A DNA stretch of 64,000 nt, from the NCBI GenBank assembly GCA_034780895.1, contig JAUZTB010000082.1, forward strand, positions 11,664,561 to 11,728,560. The letters run 5' to 3'. The first letter of the stretch is position 1. Each line of letters starts with the position of its first letter. Origin of the DNA: Rhynchobatus australiae (taxonomy: Eukaryota). The translations under genes were made by a program, and so were the position numbers. Below the pieces are notes generated by a model, which did no database searches, was not told the DNA's origin, and saw only the letters and a list, made by a program, of their open reading frames with translations. Shown one piece after another: positions 51,683 to 64,000 of the stretch.

Positions 51683-54600
51683 CAGTAAAACTTGGGACTT
51701 TGGTGCCTGATAAGCAGATTTTCAAGTCTATCTGATGTTATTTTATGAATGCACCAACACACTTTTAGTTCACCTTTATTTTAAGATATTACACAGTAGA
51801 ATAATAAATCTGTGAACTGAGTGAGTTGAAATAGGGTCCTGGTGAGTGAAAAGGAATGCAGGAGTTTGGGCCCCGGTGATAAGATATTTATTAATCACAT
51901 GTACATCGAAATGCACATTATAATGCATCCTTTTGCATTACTAAGAATGAGCTGGGGGCAGCCCACAAGTGTCACCACACTTCCAGCGCCAACATAGCAT
52001 GCCCACAATTCATAATCTGTATGTCTTTGGAATGTGGGAGGAAACCCATGCAAACACGGGGAGAACGTACAAACTCCTTACAGACAGCGGCGGGAATTGA
52101 ACCCAGGTCACTGGTGCTGTAATAGCGTTATGCTAACTGCTACACTACCAGATGAAAGGGAGTGCAGGAACTGAAGCCTTGTTAAGTGGAAGGCAGTACT
52201 GGAATTTGTGCCTAGTGAACCATTTACTGGGCCAATAGGATTTTAGAGGCGTTAGATAGTGAGTTGTTGGAGTTTTACTGTAACAGCTATTTAACTCTAA
52301 AGGCACAGTGTTTGTGCTTAATCCCAATGTGCATTTCCACCCCAGGTTCCTAAATAGTTACTGTGAGCACAAATAAAAGGTGATTTGTGATATAACAAAA
52401 TCCTCCTGCTTTTATAGTGAATCTTGAGAATAAGTAAATTTTCTTTTGCAGTATGATCCAGTGAATACTTAGCATTGGTACAAGCCTGGCTGAATATGCG
52501 TGGGAGTCTTAAGTCATAGAGGAGGATTTATGGGAGTTTCATTTTCTTGGCACCAGTATAAGTAAGGCAGGAATTAGACAGGGTGTTTTAGAGGGCAACA
52601 TTTAGAAGCATTTCTGGACCACGATTGCACTTGAGAGGAAAAGTAGTGCATAATGTAAAACAGGATGTCTGAGTGCCAATGAGGCGGCACTCAGTTAGAT
52701 TAGCAGAGGAGATAAAGGTGATAATGTGACAAAATTAAGGAGCTGAGTAGGTTATAGATTCTGAGCTCATGTTCTTTAGTTAAATTCTAAGGAAGAGCTT
52801 TGTGTGGAAGGATTGTTTTTTGCTTTAAAGAGGACTGTTTTTGGAAATGGTTTGATAAGTTGTTTAATTATAATATTTCCACTCAGTCATTCCCGATTGC
52901 CCTCATAAAACTAAATCTAAATTGCTTTTTTTTCTATATAGAAATTGCTCACAGTCCAGTTAATTGCCTTTGGTGAAACGTTATACATATTAATCATTGT
53001 GGATTAGATGTAAACTTTGATTCTAACTTCTCCATTAATTAGATTTGACTCTTTGAGAAAGCTACAGACATTGTAAATAAAATATGGCATTAATTTGTAA
53101 TACTTGGCTATTTGCCCTGTTCAGAAAGATGGAGAAGCAAAACAAGACTCTTGCAACTGTTGTTTGTGGAATTTGAGCTTTATCACAGGAGCTGTTTTAA
53201 TGCTTTGTCAGTATTGCTGGCTTCGTAATCCTAGAGGCTGGTTTTAGCTAAGAGTGCTATCAAATGAGTCAACCTGACATGGTATAAAGAAAGAATTTTC
53301 ATTTGAAGACATTTCTATGTATAAAGCATGGACTAGCATTTATTTGGTTGCATATTTCTCCATATTTGTGCTCTCTTCAGCCGTGCAGCAGTGTGTTGGT
53401 GCCAAATGAACATTAGGCTGTAGCCTAGACATGTTCAGCTAGCTGTAAGCAAACAATTTAAGGAACATTTGCAGAACTGGGGGGCATAGGAGCAAACCCT
53501 AATTAAAGGAGAGGCAAAAATTGAAGAATTGAATTATGGAAACACGTCTTATTGACTTAAGTGCAGAAAATCCTGGTTTGAGATATTAAGCATCTGACTT
53601 TCAGTAGCTTCTTTTCAAATGATACTTCACCGGTGGTAATTGTCCCAAACATCTGAACCAAAGATGTTGATGCCTTGTTATTGTCCTGTAAAAATGGAGT
53701 TACCTCATATAGACACATTGGAATACCATTTAACCATGCGAGGTATTGTTTTCAGAGGTGTACACTATAACTGGGCTATAGTTTCACAGGTGTACACTAT
53801 CACTGGGGTACACCACAGCTGGTTATGGTTTCACAGCCGTAAATTTAATGGGAAATGCTTCTATAAGCGTCAGCTGTTCCTAAAGGATACTTTCAAAGGT
53901 GTAAGCTCTCACTGGAAATGCTTCTACAGATGTAGCCTTCCACTAATGTTAACTTTTCAGTGAGGTACTAGAGAGTTCAGATTCACAGATCTGAACTCTT
54001 GCCAGGGTATTGTCTCACAGTTGTGTACAGTTTTGCTNNNNNNNNNNNNNNNNNNNNNNNNNNNNNNNNNNNNNNNNNNNNNNNNNNNNNNNNNNNNNNN
54101 NNNNNNNNNNNNNNNNNNNNNNNNNNNNNNNNNNNNNNNNNNNNNNNNNNNNNNNNNNNNNNNNNNNNNNNNNNNNNNNNNNNNNNNNNNNNNNNNNNNN
54201 NNNNNNNNNNNNNNNNNNNNNNNNNNNNNNNNNNNNNNNNNNNNNNNNNNNNNNNNNNNNNNNNNNNNNNNNNNNNNNNNNNNNNNNNNNNNNNNNNNNN
54301 NNNNNNNNNNNNNNNNNNNNNNNNNNNNNNNNNNNNNNNNNNNNNNNNNNNNNNNNNNNNNNNNNNNNNNNNNNNNNNNNNNNNNNNNNNNNNNNNNNNN
54401 NNNNNNNNNNNNNNNNNNNNNNNNNNNNNNNNNNNNNNNNNNNNNNNNNNNNNNNNNNNNNNNNNNNNNNNNNNNNNNNNNNNNNNNNNNNNNNNNNNNN
54501 NNNNNNNNNNNNNNNNNNNNNNNNNNNNNNNNNNNNNNNNNNNNNNNNNNNNNNNNNNNNNNNNNNNNNNNNNNNNNNNNNNNNNNNNNNNNNNNNNNNN

Positions 54601-55599
54601 NNNNNNNNNNNNNNNNNNNNNNNNNNNNNNNNNNNNNNNNNNNNNNNNNNNNNNNNNNNNNNNNNNNNNNNNNNNNNNNNNNNNNNNNNNNNNNNNNNNN
54701 NNNNNNNNNNNNNNNNNNNNNNNNNNNNNNNNNNNNNNNNNNNNNNNNNNNNNNNNNNNNNNNNNNNNNNNNNNNNNNNNNNNNNNNNNNNNNNNNNNNN
54801 NNNNNNAGAACTTGCTGAGTCAGGCAGCATCTGTGGAGTCAAAGAGATAGTCAGTAGTTCAATTTTAAAATCTGCAGCCCTTTGTTGTCTTGACTAATCG
54901 CCTCCCAGCCACTGTTGCTATCTCCACCTCTCCCTCCCTCATCTGCCCATCAACCCTTCCTCACCTGGCTCTACCTATTGCTTGCTGGCTCCTGCCTTGT
55001 GCCTCGCCCCACCCCCTCACCTCTTTTTGTACCGGCTCTGTCTTCCCTTGCACTCACAGTCCTGATGTTGGGTCTTGACCCAAAATGTCGACTATCCCTT
55101 TGCCTTCAGAGATGTTTCCTGACCCACTGAGTGCCTCCAGCAGTTTGTTTTTTTTTGCTCCAGATCCCAGCATCTGCAGTCTCGTGGATCTCCATTATCC
55201 CAAAGAAATGTAGCTCTCTGATCTTGTGGCAAAATTGCAACCTAAAGTGTAATATCTTCAGACCTTTTAACTGGAATGAAATGTAGGTAATCCAGAGCTT
55301 CTTGTTACTTGGCATCTATGTGAACCTAATTTTGAGTGGGACCTGCTGAAGACAATTGGAATTGGAGGCCCCAGCTGACAGATTTTTTATTTTTCCCCCT
55401 AGCCCAGGGCAAGCAGGCCAATTGGAACACCCCTATTGCTTAGCCAGCTGACAATTCAGGTTGAGTAAATGAACCTGAAATTTGCTATCTGCATGGTATC
55501 ATTAAGTAGTTCATTTGTTCACAATGAGAAAATTGGAAGGTTGTTTATAATATTTTCACTCTCATTCCAGTTTTGGCAGTAGCGGGTGAATTAGGAGGC

Positions 55600-57180
55600 A
55601 TGAGCAAGGCAATTTCAATCCAGCCAATTTGGTTTGCTCCATGAGATATCAAGAAACAGCTGTGTGTACCAGATACAATAAAGGCCAGACAACATCCCAG
55701 TTGTAAGATTGAAGACTTGAGCTCCAGAGCTAGTCACATCTCTAGCCTGGCTATTCTTCTACCATTATGATACTGGCATCTACCTGACAATTTAGAAAAT
55801 TACAACAGTTATGTCTGTTCATGAAAAATGGGTCAGATCCAATCCCGGCTAATTACACTGCAGTCTGTCAATTCTCAATCATCAGCAAAGTAATGGAAAG
55901 TGTTAATGATAGTTTATTGAACAATATTTAGTCACCATTAACCTGCTCACTGATGCTCGATTTGAATTTTGCTTGGACTGCTTGGCTCCAGACTTCATTA
56001 TAGCTTTGTCCAAATGTGGATCAAAAAGTGACGTTCTAAAGGTGAGGTGAGGGTGACTGCCCTTGATGTCAATATGGCATTTGATTGTGTGTGACTTCAA
56101 GAGGTCCTGGTAAAAATGAACTCAATTGATGTCAAGGGGAAAATACTCCAGTGGTTGGAGTAGTACTTCGCAAAAAGGAAGATGGTTGTAGTTGTTGGAG
56201 ATCAATTATCACAGCCCCAGGCCAATTGCATCAGGAGTTCCTTGAGGCAGTATCTTATTCCTCACCATTTTGAGTTGCATCATCATAGGCTGGCCTTCTG
56301 TCAGGAGGTCATATTTGGAGGCATTGCTGATAATTGCACAGTATTCAATTGCATTTGCAACTTTTCAGCAAATGAAGCAGTCCATGCCTGGATATAGCAA
56401 GACTCAGAGAACATTCAGGTATGGGTTGGTAAGTGGCAAGTAAAATTTCTGCAACAGAATTGCCTGGCAATGACCATCTCCACCAAGAGAAAGCTTAACC
56501 ACCTATCCTTGACATCAGTGGCATTGTCANNNNNNNNNNNNNNNNNNNNNNNNNNNNNNNNNNNNNNNNNNNNNNNNNNNNNNNNNNNNNNNNNNNNNNN
56601 NNNNNNNNNNNNNNNNNNNNNNNNNNNNNNNNNNNNNNNNNNNNNNNNNNNNNNNNNNNNNNNNNNNNNNNNNNNNNNNNNNNNNNNNNNNNNNNNNNNN
56701 NNNNNNNNNNNNNNNNNNNNNNNNNNNNNNNNNNNNNNNNNNNNNNNNNNNNNNNNNNNNNNNNNNNNNNNNNNNNNNNNNNNNNNNNNNNNNNNNNNNN
56801 NNNNNNNNNNNNNNNNNNNNNNNNNNNNNNNNNNNNNNNCAGTGTTTACAATGTGTAAGATGCACTGCATTTACTTGCCTAGGGTACTCCAACAACACCT
56901 CCCCAAACCACAACCTCTACCACCAAGAAGGACAAAGACAGCAGGCACATTGGGAAAGTAATTCCTTCAGGTTCCCCTCCAAGTCTCTCACCACACTAAC
57001 CTGAAATATATTGCTGTTCCTTCATTGTCACAGAATCTTAATCCTAGAACTACCAACCTATCAACACTGGCAGTGCCTTCACTAGACAGACTGCAGCTGA
57101 CCACCACCCTTCCAAGGGCATCAAGGCATAAGCGGTAAATGTTGGCCTACCAGTGATGCTCAGATCCTGAACAATGATTA
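55600..57180 (+). mobile_element. L2/CR1-group LINE RT region, degenerate
   Basis: RT-like remnants (NPANY...SILSIISKVME; ALDVNMAFDCV; GKILQWLE; MVVVVGDQLSQPQ) and a 3' tail ending atcctgaacaatgattaataaaaaa. Confidence 0.75.
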
Positions 57181-59309
57181 ATAAAAAAGAGAGAGCACAA
57201 AGGTACAATGTTCTCCTCATACTTTTGAGTATGAGGCTTGGAATCAACAGAAGGAATAGGGACAGCACTTTAAAGCTGTTAACATTCAGCAGTAGAAACC
57301 CTAATTGAGCAATTTTAATGATGTAAGCCATAACTGGTTTATGTCAGCAGATGTGCCGTTTGTTGTCAGTAACTAAATTGAAACTAAAATTAATTCTTTA
57401 AGCTTTGCTGCAGATAATCTCAGAATTTTTTTGGCAATTGGCAGAGATGACTGTTCTAATTACTTGTTGTCAGAGAAAGAACTGACGCCGTTTTGCAATG
57501 CTGCATATAGTGTTTGAATTTCCGTAGCTAACTCTTTAAGGACTTTCAGCCTGCCTTGTTCATTCTTTGAAATGTGTTTAAATCAAATTTATTAGCCAAG
57601 TTTGCTAGAGAGGGGATGAATGGCCACTTATATTTTAAGAAAATATGAGCTTTCAGGTATTGGAAAGACCTCTGTGGTGGAGGTATATCGTGGGAGGTTT
57701 CCTCATCACTTTTGAGTGCAAGGCTTGGGATCAACAGAAGTGACACTACCAGCACTTTTAAGCTGTTAGTTTTTGAAGTGAATGGTCTTTTTATATGCAG
57801 GTAAATCCCTTGGAGATATCACACCACAACCCTTGTTCATTTCTATTTCATCCTCATTTGTTTAGTGCTGAACAAGGAGCTTGAATGTGAACGTAGCACA
57901 CGTTCACATTTGGATGTGAAAGCTGCTCTTTTGATCTTTACTCAGCTCACGCCATCTGTATTTTGCAAATGGGCATGTGGCCTTTTAGCATGCAGCACAC
58001 TTCTTCTCATGTTCTGTTTAGGACATAAGGTGAAGAGATTGACGCTGAAGTCTAATTCATGCTCTCCTGTCTGTTGCCTTGTTAATTGCCCACATGCTCA
58101 GCTAAAGTCAATGCTGTACTTACTTTTCCTGTTCTGGCAACACTGCAGTTAGAACATTACTAAATGAGATAATGCTGGCTTGTGGATATGATGCACTATG
58201 TACCCGTGCTGGCAGAGTTGACTATGTTTCCTGGCAGTTGGCTTGATGCCTGAAGTATACGTGGTGTAGTCCAGAGCATTGGAGAGCTGGGTGAACCTTG
58301 GGGCAAGGAAAACATAATTTTAATTTTCAAGAACTGTTTCCTGCTGATATGTGGAATTTTGCTCCATCTGAGTTCCCTAAAATGTTCTCAATTTATTCAT
58401 TGCATCTCAGCTTGCGTTACAACGCAAGCTGACCACTAACTAACCACAGGTTTGCTGCCTCTCAGGAGTTTCCTTGCCCTGTCAGTTGCATGAAGTTGCC
58501 TAATAGTGCAGCATTTATAATTGTTTCCTAGACCACTGTCCAGCAAAAAGAATGAAAAGGTAGTTTCACTACTGAATCTTCTTTAACCCAAGAGATAAGA
58601 TTACCCACTCGTGGGTGAACATAGTGATGCAGTTGTTAATGTGTGGATTCAGTGGAAAAGACCTGGCAAAAAGATAGCGATTTCAACAGTGCAGACAGTT
58701 GCAGCCAGAATCGCAGGCAGTAGCATTATGTGCTAGGAGGCATCCCAGAAAAATAATTCTGCAGAATTCATCTGGCATAATTGACCCACTTAGATAATCT
58801 GTGTAACTGTTTGTTCATGTGAGCACAATGTAAACTTAATTTCCTCTGTGAATTAATGAAGGCAATTCAACTTAATTCAGGACTTGCTGAATAATTTCTC
58901 ATCTGTCATGTCAATGTGAAGGAGAATTGAGAGGGGTTACTCAATCTTAGCAATAATTATCAATGTACATAGTGTCTTATATTATGGAACCGTGCAGTAT
59001 TGAAAGCAGCCCATTGAAAATGTAATAAATTCAGTCAGCGTATGGAGCAATGGCAAATGAAACATAAAGCATCCTGATGCATTAATGTTGCACATGGTTG
59101 GGAAGAAGGATGCCATGCATTTGAATTTGCTAAGGATACAGATGAAAGAAACATTGGAGATTTAAAAGTTATTTCCCAATGTTCATACACCAGAAGCAAT
59201 GCAAAGCAGGCTGGTGCCTGACATCAAAGGTTAGTGTTATGTTTTGAGAGAAGATTTTATAAAGCAAGATAGGCTAGGTTAATGTGGGATAAAAAGAGAA
59301 AAGAGCCAG

Positions 59310-60530
59310 AAACACAAAACAGATCAGGGAGTATCTGTGGAGAAGAGAAACGCTGTTAACATTTCAGATCCAAGATCCTTTATCTGAATTGGAAAAGTGA
59401 ATGGGCAGTACCGTGGCACAACAGTACAGCTGCTGACTCAGAGATCCAGTGACCTGGATTCAATCCTGACTTTTGGTGCTGTCTTTGTGGAGATTACATG
59501 AAATATGTGAATTTCCTACAGGAGCTCTAATTTCCTCCCACATGCCAAAGGCAAGCTTAATTGCCTACTGTAAGTTGCCCTTAATAGGAAGGTGAGTGTA
59601 GTGATAGACTTTGAGGGGACTTCATGGCAATGTGTGGCAAATAAAATGAGATTAGTGTAGGTGAATGTTTGATGGTTGGCATGGGCTTGATGGTTGGCAT
59701 GGACTAAAAGGACTTTCTGTGCTGAGTCTGTGACTCCATTAAATGCAGAGAGGCTGGGGGTGGGGATGGATAGGATAAAGTGAATGTCACTGATAGGATG
59801 AGGCCACAAGCCACATCGCACTCTCGTTCCCACTCTGACCTATCTGTCTATGGTCTCCTACACTGTTCTGACAATGACCACTGTAAGCTTGAGAACCAGC
59901 ACTTTACCTAGTATCTGGGCAAGTTGCATCTTTTGGAACTTGATATAAATTCAACAATTTCAGTGAAGTGTACAAAAATGGGACTCTTCTGCTGCATTTT
60001 ATCTATCAGTTATAGTAACCCATACACAACCTGATCTGCTGGGCAGTTCCAACGTTCTCCTTTTGATTTCAGTTTACCATAATAACTTTGCCTTGTAGTT
60101 CACAGTATTAACATATCCCTTTTGTTTATTTTCTCTTAAACCTCACCTGTTAATCCATCAAACAGATGGCTATGTAAATAATAGGGGGCTATATGGGAGA
60201 GAAGGGTTAGATAGATCTGAGAGCAGGATAAAATGTCGGCTAACATTGTGGGCCGAAGGGTCTGTACTGTGCTGTAATGTTCTGTAACACACCACCATGA
60301 CAACTTTAGCCATGCCCTAGCAGACAGATGCCCTTTGTCCCAGCCATTCATTCCCAACCTCTACCACTTAAAATTAACTCATTTTCTCACTCTCCCAGTT
60401 CCAATGAAGAGTCTTTGACCTGAAACGTTAACTTTTTCTCGTTTGATAGATTTTGTGTGACCTGCTAAAATGTTTACAGCATTTTCTGTTATTTCAAAAT
60501 TTCAGCATGTGCAGTTTTTTGATTTTTCAA
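59310..60530. mobile_element. Penelope-like element remnants with nested V-SINE and CR1 tail
   Basis: About 59825-59960 (+) reads SHSDLSVYGLLHC...KLENQHF.*YLGKLH...LDIN, resembling the C-terminus of the Penelope GIY-YIG endonuclease. Terminal-repeat pieces occur in both orientations. Confidence 0.65.
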
Positions 60531-60969
60531 ATGCAGGTTAATCACTGATGTTACTTTAACATGTATAGTAGGGGTAGAATAATGGTTAATTCAAACAGTT
60601 TTAGGACTGAATGCAAAGGTTCTTCACAACATATAATCAAAACCTGGAGTGGCCTTTCAGCAATTTGTTGTAGGTAAAACCTTTGGACCAGGTGCTCCAA
60701 ATAGTTTTTCATTTCCTCAACTGATATGATAAAACTGATTCTTTCACAGCTTATCTGACACTAGTAGTGCTCAGTAAGCATTCCCAGCAAAGGGTACGCT
60801 CAGGGAATTAGTGCTATAAGAGGTCATTATAGCATTAGAGAGAGAGAGAGGTAGGTGAGTTAGATATGTTGCAAACCTAGTACTAGCCCTTGCCTTCTCC
60901 GCAGCTGCCTGCTGCTGTGCTGGTTTAGCAGTGCACTTGCAGAAATGGAGTGATTTAAAATGATCTTGC

Positions 60970-61410
60970 CACTGCATCCCTTCCCACCATCGATACTATC
61001 TACAGGAGGCACTGCCTCAAGAAGGCAACATCCATCATTGAAGATCCCCACCATTCAGGCCATGCCATCTTCTCGCAGCTACCGTCAAGCAGGAGTCTGA
61101 ATTCCCACACGACCAGGTTCAAGAACAGCTACTTCCCTTCAACCATTCAGTTCTTGAACCAACTGGCACAACCCTAATCACTACAGTTTTGCAACACCAC
61201 AACCACTTTGAACACTTTGCACTAAAATGAACTTAGGGTTTTTTTCTGTTCTAATTGTGTTTATTATAAAAAATTTGTATAATTTGTTTAATTTATGTTT
61301 TTGTGAATGCTGCTTACATGGTGTTATGTGCCCGTGATGCTGCTGCAAGTAAGTTTTTCATTGCATCTGTGCTTACATGTACCTGTGCATATGACAAACT
61401 CGACTTTGAC
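60970..61410 (+). mobile_element. Rex1/Babar-like LINE 3' end
   Basis: CLKKATSIIEDPHHSGHAIFSQLPSS...HTTRFKNSYFPSTI, followed by a 3'UTR ending aaactcgactttgac. Confidence 0.65.
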
Positions 61411-64000
61411 ATCAATGCCTTTCATTATCTCACTTCAAAAAAATACTCTGCTTCTCTATTTTTCCCATTCTTTTTCCACATTCTATTCCATTTCCATGTC
61501 TTTGCCCATTTACCTAGCCTGTCTATATCCCTCTAAAGCCTCCTTCTCACAGCCCATGCTTTCATACAGCTTTGTATTACTAGCAGTCTTGGATATATTA
61601 AAAGTCTGGGGAAAAATTAAGACTGCGTTTTATTGGAGACACTTAATGAAAATGGACGTGCAAGTAATTTGATTCATCAACAGAATGGAAGGTCAAAGGC
61701 CAGGCATTTGGTAACAGTACATGAACTTGAAATTCAAACCCACAGTTTCCCCAATGTAGTAATTAATAAAGTATCAAAGAGTAATCTACATTGACCTGAT
61801 TGGATCTGTGGTCTCTTGAAGTGAATAATTTCAGCAATCATTTTGCAGTGGGTCTTGATGTCCTTGTGATTGGGACGAAAAAGAATCTTGAGGTTCTCAC
61901 CCTGATTATCTTGTGATCTAACTGGAAGGTGTGCAAGTTGGAACATAAAGTTAGAGCAACTGGCATTTTGCTCCGAAGTCATGCATCGTTTAAAGACTTT
62001 CTGATGCACCAATGTTAGACTCGCATGCTATGAATATTTAGTGGTTTGTATAAGGTTATTTAGCTGGTAGTGCTTTCAGAAATGTATCTAATATTTTCCA
62101 GAGAAGAAAGAAAATGCTTTTTGTATTTCAGTTTATTTCTGACTGTTAATGTAATATAAATATAATGTAACACTAATGATTTGCTTTTATTATTTTATCA
62201 ATCTACTTATGATCCCTTGATTCTTGATCATGCATTTTTCACACATGCTAATAATTCAGAATTAGATGCTGTGCTCAGCACAAATAAATAACATTTTATA
62301 TAAGTAATTTAGATCAATGAATCATAAGCTTACTTGCTCTGTTTGTCTTTTATTCTGTTCCCCCGACCTCCCTTTTATACTTAAGCCTGATTTAAGCACC
62401 GACCAAAGACTCTTAACAATGATGTGTGAGGGTGTCTTTCTTAATGACTTGCAGAGGTTCCTTTGTACAGGGTGAATTTTATAGTTTAGCTGCAGTACAG
62501 GTTACTGTGTGAGAATCTTCACATTTTGAGTCTCCCTGGGAAACTCCTTGTTTCTTCAGTCTCATCCTAACACATTGAAAATGAATAGTTGNNNNNNNNN
62601 NNNNNNNNNNNNNNNNNNNNNNNNNNNNNNNNNNNNNNNNNNNNNNNNNNNNNNNNNNNNNNNNNNNNNNNNNNNNNNNNNNNNNNNNNNNNNNNNNNNN
62701 NNNNNNNNNNNNNNNNNNNNNNNNNNNNNNNNNNNNNNNNNNNNNNNNNNNNNNNNNNNNNNNNNNNNNNNNNNNNNNNNNNNNNNNNNNNNNNNNNNNN
62801 NNNNNNNNNNNNNNNNNNNNNNNNNNNNTTTCTTTGCTGATTCATTCTCACCATGGTTCCTCCATTGTCTTCTGTAAGCATGCATGCTCTGTGTGAACAG
62901 TATTGGTGACTGGTGGGCATTAGTGGGTTCTGTTCTCACCTGCCTTTGATGAAGGTATGGTCTGCACCACTGGCCACTGGATAAGCATATGCAAAGAATC
63001 CTGATTCCCTGTCCATTCCCTCCTTCCTGGGCTTTATCTTCCACTCCTTCTGTAGTTCCAAGGTATTGCCCTGGGGTTAATCCTTACATGTGAAATAGTT
63101 TTCTGTCACACCATTGTAAAGGGCACTCATCATTATGGTGAAGTGAGAATTTTTTCCCACAATTCTCCCTTATCAGCATTTCTACAGCAGCAAGATATCG
63201 TAATTGCATGATACTAGTACAACTCAATTCTCTTAAATATAACAGCCTATTTTTATACAAGTTTTGTGCTTCAGTTATCTGTTGTGTTAATCTAAATTTC
63301 ACTCTATTGTGTTATTAAATCCAGGATAATGCATTCCCAGATCTCAGTTTCAAACCAGATTATGCATTATTGGATTTCAAACGGACTTAATCAGGGTGCA
63401 TGACAAAACCATCAAGGTAGTGTGGGAAGTCATGCTATCTTTGGTTCAAAGTCTGCTTCTTCGCTTCCCCNNNNNNNNNNNNNNNNNNNNNNNNNNNNNN
63501 NNNNNNNNNNNNNNNNNNNNNNNNNNNNNNNNNNNNNNNNNNNNNNNNNNNNNNNNNNNNNNNNNNNNNNCCGTCCATTGGTACTATTCATTTGATATTA
63601 GTAGTAAAATGCCTGAGAAAATGGTTGACATGGGCTAATCAGGCAATTCTTTGTGGGATTAATTAAAGGATGTGCACTTAGGTGAGGTATCAATTGAGTG
63701 ATGACACCTTTGAATTGTATTCCAGCATGAACCATAATCTTCATGGCACTGTACACCACAAGAATTATTGCCTTCAGAGTATTGAGAAATATTTGTAGAA
63801 ATGTTGATAACTGTACATGACCTCCAGTAAATGATGTCAGCTTTGGTTCAGAATGGTTATAAATATGGTTGACTTTTTTTTGTGGTTCCTGCCATCAGTT
63901 TATAGTTTAAAGTGATTGATACTTAAGTATGAGGGTACTCTGACTTTTATTTTCCAGCTTGCTCTGTTCATCTTGGAGTAACTTATCCAATATCACTGAG

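Overview
Eukaryotic (vertebrate) genomic DNA from a gappy draft assembly. The repeat content (HE1/V-SINE-like SINEs, CR1/HER1-like LINEs, Penelope remnants) suggests a cartilaginous fish; that is an inference. The first 13.3 kb holds the last eight coding exons of SUPT5H (DSIF large subunit: KOW5, CTR repeats, C-terminal KOW domains) on the + strand, all with GT-AG boundaries and a consistent reading frame, followed by a 3'UTR. A CpG-island promoter at about 17.2-18.0 kb leads into the first coding exon of TIMM50, the same SUPT5H->TIMM50 order as in human. No further TIMM50 exon could be recognised in the remaining ~46 kb, which is repeat-rich and presumably intronic. That stretch contains a degenerate Ty3/Gypsy LTR retrotransposon (31721-35616) with a 4-bp TSD, a tRNA-Trp PBS remnant and an intact -1 frameshift signal. 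Main observations: a four-piece templated-insertion mosaic at 9128-9456 copied from nearby DNA, degenerate minimal hammerhead-ribozyme motifs in the Penelope-derived repeats, and an RTE LINE with a twin-priming-like inversion. No new multi-gene system is supported. All alignments were done by eye, and repeat boundaries are approximate.
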